DNA of 64,000 nt from Rhizophagus irregularis (lineage: Eukaryota). The position numbers were made by a program, and so were the translations under genes. Below, piece by piece: positions 1 through 12,524 of the stretch; the stretch's first letter is position 1, and each line of letters opens with the position of its first letter. The stretch is from assembly GCF_026210795.1 (NCBI RefSeq), contig NC_089430.1, forward strand, positions 496,001 to 560,000, in the 5' to 3' direction. The notes under the pieces are model-generated. The model was not told the DNA's origin, made no database searches, and was given only the letters and a program-made list of their open reading frames with translations.

Positions 1-450
1 TAACCTCCTGAAGTGTTAAGAGGCATAAGCAGCAGGCGTGCATCATGTATTTTGTTGCAATTTAATCTTTTACCAATTGCGTGCATGATGAATATCTTGC
101 ACTAGATATAGATCACGGAATTAGACCTGAAGTAAATGAGAAATATACATCAGTTTTAATGACAAAGCATTGGGATTCAAATACAGATAATAGACCAAAT
201 GTTACATTGTTGCTGAATTAAAAGAATGTTTGATCTATTCAAAGATTCGATTTGTACCTCGACTGATTTTTATATTAGAGATAAGGAAATTAAAAAAATT
301 TTAAAGCAAAAGAAAATAGAAATTAAATTCATTATCTATTGAATTATTAAGTCATCTCGTCCACAAGCTATTTATACATCTCGATTTAATCCTTTTACGG
401 ATAATCTTTCAAAACACATTGAAAAATGCGAGTATACAAATGTGCTAATT
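1..450 (+). pseudogene. Degenerate C-terminal fragment of a TKL protein kinase
   Basis: Frameshifted remnants PEVLRG, IMYFVA, HDEYLALDI..GIRPEVNE, WDSNTDNRPN and PQAIYTSR match the C-lobe and tail of the kinase at 22907-23800; no continuous ORF. Confidence 0.75.
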
Positions 451-1206
451 TAAAATGAGATATTATTGTGCTTTTTATTAATTATTTCGTTATTCGTTTA
501 TTACTCAAACTGACTATAGAGTAAATGTAGATATACTCTTTTACATAGTAAATCAAATTGTAACGACTAACGAGTGTTCATGCGAAAGTAGCTATTTTTC
601 CAGTTTCAAAAATTCCATCCGCAAAGTAATAAAATAATCTATAATTATTGCTATTACATATAGTACATGGTTAACTTTTAATCACTGTTTATTATTGACG
701 CATAGAGGCCTGCATTGGTCGGGTGACTCGTGTACGGTTGAATTTTGGGCAAAAATTCATGGACCCGGATCCGGGTTTTAGGACTATATTGCCGCACAAC
801 GTTGAAATTTTGCGAATAAAATTGCGTAAATTGCGTGATCTAATTTGTATAAATTTTTTACTGTCAAACTTACTAACGAAAAAAAGATATGTCAGATATG
901 TTAATCCGTCAAAAAAAAAAAGCACACGTATTATTACGAACCTAAATGACGGAATAATCATTAAAAATTTCTGGTATTGAAATTATTTTATATATCAAAT
1001 TTCATTTTTTTTTGTTAAGCCCTGAATTATTAAGTTGTGAAGTCGTATTTGAAGATAATAGAGATTAGCACTAGTTCATCCAAATTTAACTGGAACGCTT
1101 CCGCTTAAAAAGATATTGGATTCTTGAAATCTTTATTGCTCAAAAAATAAAATTACATAATAAATACAATAGTTTAATAAATTAAACAAAAAGAATAATA
1201 CTAATA

Positions 1207-1716
1207 CTAAGTATTTATGTTACTAACGCATTCTCTTTTGTGCTTTGGCCAGTCCTTCTTCTGACAATCCTTGCTACAATAGTACACTGATTTACATTTA
1301 CTGCATTTCATATTACAGCTATTCATGCATATTTTGCATACCCCTTCAGTTACCCCAGTTACCTCAGTTTGTTCAGTTGCGCATATGTGCGGTCTCTTAA
1401 CTTCTTCACCTTGGACGATTTTTTTACATTTAAGACATTGCCATGAGTGCGGTGGCTGATCCTGCAATATAAACTTGCGACCGTAGAAAAGTAGCACCTT
1501 TTTAGCATGTTCAATCTCTTCCTCCCCATCATCAGGTCCAAGAAGTGATATTTCCCAACAACAGGGACAAATTCCAGTCATTTCTTGGTATTCACGTCGA
1601 CTAGGCTCGTTTGGAAATATCTTGGGAGATTCTTTACAACTCATACATTTTTTATAACCGGTAATATTAGTATCATATGGTACAACTTTATCAATAATTT
1701 CCAAACGGTTAGACAT
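1207..1716 (-). CDS. MYND-type zinc finger protein (intronless, extra N-terminal Cys motifs)
   Basis: C-terminal [30 protein letters not shown] fits the zf-MYND consensus; upstream CMSC, CPCC and CLKC..HIC motifs. Confidence 0.85.
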   Translation of the reverse strand: MSNRLEIIDKVVPYDTNITGYKKCMSCKESPKIFPNEPSRREYQEMTGICPCCWEISLLGPDDGEEEIEHAKKVLLFYGRKFILQDQPPHSWQCLKCKKIVQGEEVKRPHICATEQTEVTGVTEGVCKICMNSCNMKCSKCKSVYYCSKDCQKKDWPKHKRECVSNINT

Positions 1717-2329
1717 CTTGAAAAGTATCTTTTTAAATTTTTATGTAAGAATAAATTTTTTTTAAAAAAAAAGAATAAAGAATAAAGAATAAAGAAAAAA
1801 AAACACAAAAATGTTTGCAACACAAACTTTTTAAGCGTACGAAAGATCAACAAATAACAATATCACAAATTTTATTTTTGCACCATTTATAAATGGTTTG
1901 GAAATGATTTCTGTAATAAGTTAGTTTTGAAGATTACTTCTAGTTTTAGGTTTTTATTTATTAAAATTCAAGTATTTTTGGTTACAACAATCCTTAAAAA
2001 TTATAATTATTAATATCATACATTAATGTATATAAATTATCATTTAAAAACATTCCTTCCATAGTTCCATAGTTAATAAGAAATTTTTCCAAGGTTCAAA
2101 AAGTTAATGAAACTAAAAAATAGTCATGAAAAACAAAAGAAAATCATTTACTTTTTTTATTATTGTATTCAATAGATCACATACTCAATAAATAAAATTT
2201 CTTATAAAACATATAATCCGGATATTTATGAAAATTTCGAGAATCTCTTAAAAATAACAAAAAAAAATATTTTTTCATTTCCTTGTCATTTAGAAATGTA
2301 CTATAAGTCCACATTAAAATTCAAAAAGT

Positions 2330-2750
2330 AATCACTAAAGAAAAAATGAATAAAAAGGAATAACAAAAAAGTAAAAATAAAGGAACGTTAATTACATCCC
2401 TAAAAAGACAATGAAAATAAAAACTGAAAAAGATTACCTTAGTCATCAGAAAACCCAAAAAACCACGTCTAAAGAAAACTAATTTAAGAAGGAGCGTTAA
2501 TTGCGTCCCTAAACAAGAAGTTTAAAGACAGAAAAATAATTTACTGTTTAGTTCTTAAGAAACTCCAAGAAGCCATCACTAAAAGAAAAAATAATCAATG
2601 TTAATTACGTCCAAGAAAAAAAAACGATAAAAATAAAAGGAGCATTAATCGTACCCCTAAGCAAAAAAAATTACTGGACAACAATAAAACCAGTAAAAAA
2701 AATATTTTTAAAAAAAATTTATGCTGACCCTTATTTGTGCCTATACTAAA
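2330..2750 (-). repeat. A-rich degenerate repeat array resembling a TIR micro-exon array remnant
   Basis: About 4 copies of aaggarcgttaattrcrtccctaa. The minus strand reads as branch/polypyrimidine tracts and splice sites, like the arms of the 61531-63453 element. Confidence 0.4.
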
Positions 2751-4123
2751 AAGGTTTCGTCCAGATTTTCGTATTTCGACCTAATTTCTGATTTCGACCT
2801 TGATCTTCAATTTTCGGCTGGAGTTTCGTTTCGGAATGATTGGCCGAAAGCCGAATACTGAAATTAGGCCGAAATTATTGAGTTTCGACCACATGTATAA
2901 TGGAAATGTATCAGAAAGTACAGTTATAAGAATAATGGCATATGCATTTTCAAGAGATGAAATAATAAAGAAAAGAGTCATTAAAAGATATTGTGAGAAT
3001 AATGGAAAGAAAAATTATAATTACAACAGAAAGCATTAAGAAAGTACTTTAAAGAATTAAGAGATAAAGAAAATAAAATAAATAATGAGCAAGATAGGGC
3101 AAATGATGAGGATATAGAAAAAATAGTTCAATTACTATTAAGAAAAAAAGAGGAAATAGGAGCAGTAGTTAGAGAAGAAGAAATACAAAGATTTCTAATA
3201 TAGGGATATACAAGATATGAAATTTGAATATAGAAAGTTAAGGATTCAGTTGGATTTGTTTAATGAAAATGATGAAAAAGATGTAAGAGAAAAATTAAAT
3301 GAATATATAATTAAAAGAAAAAAAGATGGAAAAATAGGAAGTGAAAATAAAACAAAAATTGAAAAAGAATATGATGATAATTTTAGAAATTATGAAATAG
3401 AAAATAAGTCTTAATGATGATAATGAAATTGAAACTGAAGATATAAATACTATGGTTTTGGATTTAAGTAAAATTCAAAGTTTGAATAGTTTATTGATAA
3501 ATCCAGAAAATTTAGAAAATCCAGAAAGTGATATTAAATTATTTGATTATAACTTAGAAGAATTATATTACTTTTACTACTTCTATTTTCAAAATTTATG
3601 CGCCATGCAAACATAAACTGAAGTAAGTTTGATTTGCCATAGACGTGCTTGTGTCACTCACCAAAAAAGGTTATTCATGCCAATAAATTATTCAATGACC
3701 TCAGATGCTTAATTTATTTCTAATTTCAAAATTACAGAGTCTTCAATCCTAAATTTTACAAAAAACAATCAAAAAATATAATCACTGTATTTTCAAGATA
3801 CAGAAACTAAACTCAATTATCAACCAATAAGTTCGAATTATTTCTTAAATCTATAACTCATTTGTAATACAATTCCAAAATGATACCAAACCATCAGACC
3901 ATAAATTTCACATCCCTTATTTTCTTTTTGCTAATAACACGTATATTAAATCAAATAGAAAACTTTGTTACAGACAAATTTAATAAACTCATTAATTCAT
4001 ATTTGTCAACCTTACCCACATCATCTAAATCAATTATTAAAAATTTACTCATCCAAAATTGGACTTCTTTACCACATGATATCTGTTACATTTATACCTA
4101 AGAATAGACAATTCTTTTATAAA

Positions 4124-4440
4124 ATGAAAAATGAAATCGAATTATACCAACGTCTTACTAAAAGGGTGGAATAGGCTATGTTATAGGTATGACAATTGTT
4201 GGTACTGCGTTGAGTTTCCATAAGATAGAGAAATGGCAAAAAGAAACAGGCTCTCAGGACATTAAAAGTAATTCATAGTCACAACATTTTCACAACAATA
4301 TTCGAGAAGAAAATATCTTAGTTAATGACGAAGACAATATATTTTTTATTGACTTTGGAAAATCAATTATAGCTGATAAGAAGTTTTTTCATCAAGAGGA
4401 ATCTGAATTATCCCATTTATTGAAATATTATATGCAATTA
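4124..4440 (+). pseudogene. Frameshifted kinase-like fragment (Crinkler/REase-associated kinase type)
   Basis: Pieces translate to MKNEIELYQRL, GYVIGMTIVGT, ALRTLKVIHSHNI and HNNIREENILV...IFFIDFGKS (catalytic-loop-like plus DFG), with frameshifts. Confidence 0.65.
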
Positions 4441-6872
4441 ATATTGTTCATTATCTAATTTTAATCTTGATTGTAACTTTAATAATTATATAATCATGTA
4501 ATATAATGTAATATAACTATTCGCTATATTTAATATGCCAAAGCAAATAAATGTAATTTTTAAATGTTATTAATGCACAGTTAATTTATAACTGTAAATT
4601 GAGCAGTCATCCTGGCCCCGCTTCTAAAAATAATTTTAGGTCATGTATTATTTTAATCATGATTTTGTTATTTGTTTATCGACTCGTATGACGTTGTGCT
4701 ACCTACCTACCTTTCCGACGTTAAAAAAATTTTTTTTTAAAAAAGAAGTTGTCTTTTTTTCCGTAAAATTTCGTGAACTAGGACCATATTACAAGTAATT
4801 TTTATTTAAAATTTTTATTGTGACTTATTATTACATTTGTACTTTTTTTATCGTATATTTTGGCAAAAAAAAAACGCGTTAAGTTACAATATTTTCTTAC
4901 ATTTGTAAATAGCCAACATAACTATAATATTGTACTAACTCTTATTCCATTTATTTCTAGACGTATATTACGTATATTTAAATTTTAACATGTTTATATG
5001 TATAATTGTAACTAAAAGAAGGGCAAGACCATTTTTCTCCGTAGTGGTTCAATGTTTATCAACTTTAAGTTATTTATTTACAGGAGCATTTGTTTGTATA
5101 ACTGGGTCTGGCCTATGATTATTGAAAGCAAAAGATGAAATATCTACAAGAGCAAAGGAGGAACTACAGTAAATAAAATATGTAAATATATTAATATTTT
5201 GAAATTATAATAATTACCTTACAATAAAAAAAGAAATTCATTTCTTCCTAATCAGCATTATATAATTTAATTGTCCGGTTATAAAATTAAGATATAGAAT
5301 TATTGTAATTACCATATAGAAAGAAGTGAAATACTATCATTAAAAAAATTTATTAAAATAAGTTTATTTTTTAGTTGGATTTTTTTTTAATGCTTATAAT
5401 TTATAAACAGCAAATGCTTTTTAAATCCTTCTGACACAGGTTATAGTGTTATCCCATCACCATAGTTATTGGATTGTACGAATTTGCATTAAGTGATGTT
5501 CACAAAATGAAAGTAACTTTGTTTAATGAAGATTAAATTAAGGACTTGAAAATGAATAATTAAAAATCTTTAAATATTATTGTGTAAAATATTAATTAGA
5601 TTCCAATCTTATAGTAATATACAAATGTATTGTATCGAGATCTTGACGTAAATAAACATTTTCTTTATAATTATTGGTAGATATTTGTTGAAGGTTCCAG
5701 AAAATATATTGAAAAGTGAAGATTTCGGACAATAACCGTAATGTTAAGAAACTCAATTTTTTTTTGTTTTTCAAAATATATAATTAACTACCCGTATAAT
5801 TAAAGAATTTTGTCTTAAATTATATAATACAATAATTTAATAAAGAGATTTAATAATCTAATGTAATGACACAAGATTTATTTCAGTAATGCTACGTAAT
5901 TTAGAGGTCAATTGACTAGGAAATTAAAAAAGAAATCAAACCTCTTTGAACTTTTTTTTTTCATTGGGAAACAAATAAACTGTGCAAAAAAAAAAACACT
6001 GATCTTGTCCTAATATTATGTAAATTATATATCGGAAATATACTTTTTTCTCTTCTATATAAATTTCAATCTCGTTTGCTATCAAAAATTTTTTCTATAT
6101 AAATAAAGGTACATACACTATTATGAAGAAAATTAACACATGATTATTAGTTTAAATAATTATAAAAATAACAAACTTTAGATTATTTATTGACTTGAAG
6201 ACCATGAAGACTACCGACGTGCTAGATCCTAAAACATGACCATTCTATTTACTGTAGATAATTTCCAATAATAGCCAATCTAGTTCTTTGTTTATTTGTT
6301 ATTACACCTAGTCATTTATTGAAAAAAAGAATTATACATAATTTTATAAAAACTCATTTTATTTATGGCCATATAACGTAAAAATAGGAATATGGCACAA
6401 AAAATCCAACTTGAAAAATCAAACCACCCTTAAAAAGGATTTTCGGGATATTATTCTTACAATTCAAATATTTCTTTCCAGTTAAAGTTCTTTGTTTCTC
6501 AATTTAACAAAATTATACATTGCTATACCTTCAAATTTTTTTAAATAATTTCTGGTGTTGCAAAGGAACGGGGTCAACATTGTAATGACGTAAATTTGTA
6601 TACACAAGCGCAATTATTTGCTAGAACCTTCTACGTACAGTACGTTAAAGTGTGACTAATTTTTACTGTATCAAACCATTTTGATGTTTAAACACGTGAT
6701 TTTTCTAATATTCATAAAATTTTACAGTTTAAAAGCAAAAATTGTAACAAAATATAAAAAGAAGAACCATGCATCACTTTATTATATTACAGTTAATACA
6801 TAATTAATTACATAAAGTTATCTTAATTGTCTCCTAAAACCTAAATAAAGTGATTGATTTATGCTATGACAA

Positions 6873-7331
6873 TTAAAAAATACCACCAACTAATCTATAA
6901 ACAAGATTTATGGTATTTCTTGTCTTAATATTATAACTCGACAGTGTTCTGTCATCTAAGAGTGGTTGACCTCCAAAGATATATCTTTGTTTACCTACTT
7001 CTAATCCATTTCTTTCATAATATAATTCTTTAACTTTTTTAATGGTATATGAAGACTGCACTTGAAGAGAAGTTGTTCTTCCGTCTAAATCTTCAACAAA
7101 TATTTGAATGCCACCAGTAACGATAAGAGTGAGTCTAATTTGATCATTTTCTTTAATGTTATAATCGTTTATAGTCCTTTCATTCTCAAGTCTTTGGCTT
7201 CCAAGGTGTAATAATTGTTTGTTTACATCAATATCATGGAGTGCTTTGATTTTATTTTTGACTTGTAGAATCGTATCATAAGAATTAACTTCAATTCTTG
7301 CTCTAAGCCTGAATTTAACAAAGATAAACAT
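6873..7331 (-). CDS. Divergent tandem di-ubiquitin-like protein (two UBL units, each ending in GG)
   Basis: Two ~75-aa units align with ubiquitin: MFIFVK...RTINDYNIK...LIVTGG and IQIFVEDLDGRT...RTLSSYNIK...VYRLVGG, plus an IF tail. Intronless. Confidence 0.9.
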   Translation of the reverse strand: MFIFVKFRLRARIEVNSYDTILQVKNKIKALHDIDVNKQLLHLGSQRLENERTINDYNIKENDQIRLTLIVTGGIQIFVEDLDGRTTSLQVQSSYTIKKVKELYYERNGLEVGKQRYIFGGQPLLDDRTLSSYNIKTRNTINLVYRLVGGIF

Positions 7332-7515
7332 TTTTTATTATCAATAGAGGAGATAAAGAATAAATGACATAATAATAATTTGCGTATCTAATATAAACAC
7401 CCAAAAGATGTTAAACTATAAATGGATTAAATTGACATCTCAAACCATTATAAAAGCTAGTTGGTTTCTTTTTTTTTTTAAATAAAATTTCTGATAAAGT
7501 GATACTAAATAAATT

Positions 7516-8346
7516 ATGGACCTCTATGAATGTTTATTTTGTTGTGAAACGGAGAATAGAAATTACTGTAAAATAACTTCAAAATGTACTCATAAAATCG
7601 TCATTTGCGTAGAATGTGTTAATAAAATCATTGAAAAGAGTATTAATGAAAAACAATCTATTGAAATCACCTGTCCTACACCAGGATGTAATAAATCAAT
7701 GGATAGGAATGATGTATTAAATATTGCAACAAAAGAAATATTTGAAAGGTTTTTTAACTTATTATTGTAAAGGTATCATTATTTATACAGTACGTAATAA
7801 TATTTACTTTTTTTCTTTTAGATATGATGAACTTTCTTATAAACACGCAATACAAAAGATCCCAGAATTTAGATGGTGTCAGGCCTTTTGTGGAAGTGGA
7901 CAAGTTCATGAAGGAAAAGGTACTTTTTAGGGAGTCGCAATTTTCTTCTCATTAATAAAATTCTAATAAAATTCTCTTTAACTTCTTTAGATCCGCTTTT
8001 TATTTGTGAAGGATGTGGCGCGAAATCGTGTTATGTTCATGAGGTTATCTGGCATGAAGATCAAACTTGTGAACAATATGAAAAAAGTATATCAAGATCA
8101 GACTCAGCTACAAAAGCTTATCTTTCAAATACAAAAAGATGTCCTGGATGTAATATATATATTGAGAAAGTAAACGGATGTGATACCATGAAATGTGAAT
8201 GTAAATGTATATTTTGTATGATGTAAGTATTACATTTTTTAATAAAGAAATATTTATGCTTAAATTAAAATTTGACATAAATTTATTTTATTGATAGTTG
8301 CTTACACAAATATCCAGGTCATAAGCCTACTTGTATTCGTGGTTAA
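7516..8346 (+). CDS. Minimal RBR (RING1-IBR-RING2) E3 ubiquitin ligase, 4 exons, ~203 aa
   Basis: Exons 7516-7748, 7822-7919, 7991-8222 and 8298-8346 join in frame over GT-AG introns. RING1 CLFC..CTH..CVEC..CPTPGC; IBR FRWCQAFCGSG..CEGC..CYVH..WH..TC; RING2 TKRCPGC..IEKVNGCDTMKCEC..FCMIC. Confidence 0.9.
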
Positions 8347-8685
8347 TAAAATTTTATATAAACTGTATTTCTGGATGAAAGCATTTTATTAAACTAGCCA
8401 AAAGAAAGCATGGTATATTATTCGCTCTTTGAGTTGAGTTCTATAAAAGGATTGGCTTTTAATGATGGATTAACCAAATTATAAACTAGTCGAATTAAAA
8501 TTAATTTTTTTATCATTATTATAAATAATTAAATAATTTACATTTTATTTTTCATTTTCGTTAAAAAAAACTATATTATTCAAAATACTCGTGTGTAAAC
8601 AATTTATAAAAATATGACATACCTCAGATGACTAATGCTAGCCAACTCTCTTAAGGCATTACCGTATAGCACTGCCTAAGAGACC

Positions 8686-9471
8686 TAGAGCTTTCCTTAA
8701 CGGTAATGTAACTAGAATACTCTAGGATTTATCCTATTAGCCTATATATCCGGATTGTTTTTATAGAGTATCCGAATATTGATTTTTTTTATATAGGATT
8801 ATCCGGATTATACTTTCGGATATCCCAGGTTTAATAATAGTTTATAGCTTAATTGTTATTTTTAAGCTTTTAACTCTTCTAAAAATGGCTACTAGTGATA
8901 ATAAAGAAACTACACTAGCACAAAATAATATAAATAATACAATATGAAGAGGAACTATCTGAGAAAGAAAATGGAGATGATGAGGTTGAACAATATCTTG
9001 CAATAGCTCAGATTCCTAGGGACCAAGATTCTCTAAAATGGTGGAATGCAAATCAAAGACAGTTTCCAATTTTAGCCAAATTGCTAGAAAATATTTATCA
9101 AATTCAAGCAACGTCAGGCGCAAGTGAACATGTATTTAGAGATGCAGGCTTGATAATGACAGCTAAAAGAACTTCAATGAAAGAAGACTTGTTTGAAGCA
9201 TTAATACTTCGTAACATGGTTGATATGATGTTTAATTGATTAAGTAAAATTAAATCGAGTGAAAATGTAATAAATATAAATTTATTTGAATTAATTATAA
9301 TAAATAAATATGTGTGGATAATTGCTGCGCCTGTAAGCTTAGGATAATCCGAATATCTTATAATTTTCATTCGGATTTATCCGTTACTAACTGACACAGG
9401 GTATTCGGATACAATTTTTTTGAAACGGATAACCCCATAACAGCATTAGGGTTATCCGGTTCAAAGCTCTA
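8686..9471 (+). mobile_element. Internally deleted hAT transposon with hATC dimerisation-domain remnant
   Basis: Termini tagagcttt...aaagctcta; perfect 8-bp TSD aagagacc (8678-8685, 9472-9479); internal EVEQYL..LKWWNANQRQFPILAK..QATSGASEHVFRDAG..TAKRTSM with frameshifts. Confidence 0.9.
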
Positions 9472-9502
9472 AAGAGACCCCCCTATCCGCGTACCCCCAC
9501 TA

Positions 9503-10012
9503 TCCCTTAAACTGTTTTGCAGCCAAATTTGCCTGCAATTTTGTTTTTTAATTAAAGACACTTTTAAATGCTTTAAAATATTTTATTACATAAACCAATA
9601 TTTTTGTAATAAATTCTATAGTATTTTCTAAGTAAAAATTGAAAAAAAAGTTCAATTGATTAATGATTTTTTAAAAGTAAATGATCGACAAATTATAACA
9701 AATAGTAGCTAAATTTTTTAAATTGAAATATCTTTTTATCCATTAACCCTAGAAATATAAAATTACCACCATTTGATGCGTCTTAATGAGAAGAATCTGA
9801 TAAAAATAAAATTGTCCTTCTACAAATATTATGTGACAGGATAACTTATAAAATCTAAAAATTTATTATCAATTTTAGAGTTACCATTAAATGCGCCTTA
9901 ATAAGAGGAATCTAACAAATATAATTTCATCTTTCTATGATCACTAGATCTTAAGATATTTTAAAAATTCAAAAATTTTTAAAATTAATTTTAGCCCCTA
10001 CAGTTTAAGGGA
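9503..10012. mobile_element. MITE nested in the 8662-10178 element
   Basis: Inverted termini (ta)tcccttaaactgt / acagtttaaggga(ta); superfamily undetermined. Confidence 0.65.
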
Positions 10013-11638
10013 TAATATACCCGGGTATGATATGTGGTTAAAAAATCTTAATTCTGGTAAGAATTCGGCTAATTCTGGCCAATTTTTCCATATTCCATAC
10101 AAGATACCCCGGGTATAATTCAATTTTTAAGTTGGTGAAATTGATATATACCCGGGTATTTTAGGCAGTGCTATACGGTATAAAATTGTCCATCTGAAAG
10201 ATTTACAACTAGTGGTACGGTAAGGTCGTTAAGTTCCCTTAATATTTCTTGCGCAAAATATTAGTTAAGTACTTTCTGCAAGCTGTGATAATTGTATATC
10301 TCCAATTTTCCAATTTTTGAATGATTCAGTTTCTAATAATATAGTATCTCTGCTGAATAGTATGGAATCTTCGTTCTATGCGATAACTTAATAAATAATC
10401 CGCCTTACGCATAAAATATAATCTTTCGTTCAAGATCTTTTGTTAGTTAATATCATAATATTTAATCTTATGGTTAAATATATTATAACACTGAGTATGC
10501 TAATAATGTGATTTTAGCTTACTTATATATAAAATACGATTGCTAATAAAAACAACATTTCCTATCGAAACAAAAGAATTAGCAATAAGAATGGTTTATA
10601 CTATATATATTTAACTACTCTTTACGGTTATTAGTAGTTGTCTTGATAGACATAAATATATAATATCTTTGCAATATTTTTGCTTAGGCAAAAGGCATGG
10701 CATGATAGTATTAATATTTATAATAACTACGTAAAACATGATTTATCACGAATATTTATAGTTTCCTTTTTTTTTTTAAAAAAAAAAAAAAAAATATTAT
10801 TAAGGCGACTTAAATTATAATGTTTTAAAGACTTGCGGAATAAAATTATTTGTTTTTTTTCCGTCTTTTAGGAAATATTCATTTTTTATCGATAATACTA
10901 ACTGCATAATGAACAAAATTTGAACGTTTTGCATCTCATAATAATGATGCATTATTAAGGAAATTTTATTATTTCATGAAAAAATATTAATGAAAATGAA
11001 GATTAAGAGATGTATTATTTGCATGTGGATACGTGGGGAAGTTAATATTTCTCTAAAAGTTAACTATAATAAATCTATAATCTATTTTAGATTAATATAC
11101 ATTATTCAGTTATGTAGTTTACCTCCAACGTGTAAATAATTTGAAAATAATAAAAACATATACTATTTTTAATGGCTCTGACGCCTTTAGAATCAACCAA
11201 TAATATATCGATATAATGATTATATAAAAATATTGTGATATTTCTCTAGGTATAAATTTCATTGATTGTTATTACAGTATTTCTGTTCCGTTTATCAATT
11301 TGACATAATTATAATTTGTACAATACATGATAAATTTTCTATACTCATTTTGAACTTTAAAATATAAGTTAATGAATTAGATTAATCTAAGAATTTGTAC
11401 CCGTACCCGAAAGAGTTCTGTACCATAATTTTAATAACATACGCTTGTGGCATGGTGTGCTCGCGTAAACAAGTGTGACAATTTAATATTGTGATATTAC
11501 AGAATTGTAGCAATTCTAAGTTTATTTATAGACCATCGCCATAAGATTTACAGTAAGTCATAAGTTCTGTTTCACAAATTCTTTTTTTGTTTAAAGATAA
11601 AAAATTTTTATGAATTTTATTTTTTTAATTTTTCAACT

Positions 11639-11755
11639 ATCACCGGGGGTGATGATCACCGGTGACTGAAATTATAACGATCGACCAGCATTAAAAAAAC
11701 ATAGTGCCGGTAAAAATTGATAATTCTGGCCAACGGTGATGATCACCCCGGTGAT
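11639..11755. repeat. GC-rich inverted repeat (probable MITE remnant)
   Basis: atcaccgggggtgatgatcaccg ... cggtgatgatcaccccggtgat. Confidence 0.5.
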
Positions 11756-12080
11756 TTTGAAGTAAAAACTTAAATTCAAAATAAGATAAGATTATTTATA
11801 AAAATATCATTCGATTGAAGGATGAAAAATACTCTGAAGAACGTATGTTATTTTTATTGTTAATTCCATCTATAAGTATAAATAAAACAGCCGAATTACC
11901 AACTTCTTTAAATAATAATCCTTCTTTATTATCCGCTAATTTTTAACTATTTAACATATGCGTTTTTATTTATACAAAAAAAAATTATGCTAGGATTTAA
12001 TTAATTATTTATTCTTAAAAATTCATATCTTGGCAGAAAAGCTGGGTGATTTGATTACTAGTTCTGAGGATGTGCGGATT

Positions 12081-12524
12081 GCATGTCTGAAATTTGTGCC
12101 AGGTTGATGGCGCAGTGTGGCGCAGCGATTTTTCCAAAAAAAATTAAATTGCAATTTTTTTATTTAAAATAAAACTTTTAAATTCCTGCACTAGGTGTAT
12201 TTTCGTCCGCTTTGCAAATTTACTTAGAGCATATGCAAGTGGTTTAGAAGGCCATTTTCGAGTTATTTAACAAAAACCATTTTTTCAACAAATCCAATTT
12301 TGGAAATGATCAGCAAAGACGATAAAATCGGTTGTTATATACTAAAGTCAAAATCTACTTCCAAAACCTCCTTTCATTTATAAGTGAATTTTGTAAAACA
12401 GATGAAAATACATCTAATGTGTAAATTTAAAAGCTTTATATTAAAAAGAAAAACTTTAACTTAAATCTTTTTGAAATTACTGCGCCACACTGCACCGTCA
12501 ACCTGGCACACATTTCAGACGTGC
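12081..12524. mobile_element. Mutator-like (MULE) MITE
   Basis: ~170-bp imperfect TIRs (gcatgtctgaaatttgtgccagg / cctggcacacatttcagacgtgc); 9-bp TSD gtgcggatt / gtgcagatt. Confidence 0.85.

Larger units (their letters stand above)
8662..10178. mobile_element. Non-autonomous Tc1/mariner-superfamily (Tc2/pogo-like) element hosting two nested insertions
   Basis: TIR ccgtatagcactgcctaa / ttaggcagtgctatacgg, flanked by TA on both sides. Confidence 0.75.

Noticed and set aside
2894..4100. Purine-rich broken ORFs (possible gag) and an adjacent possible LINE fragment
   Set aside because: Multiple stops and no diagnostic motif; cannot be assigned by eye.
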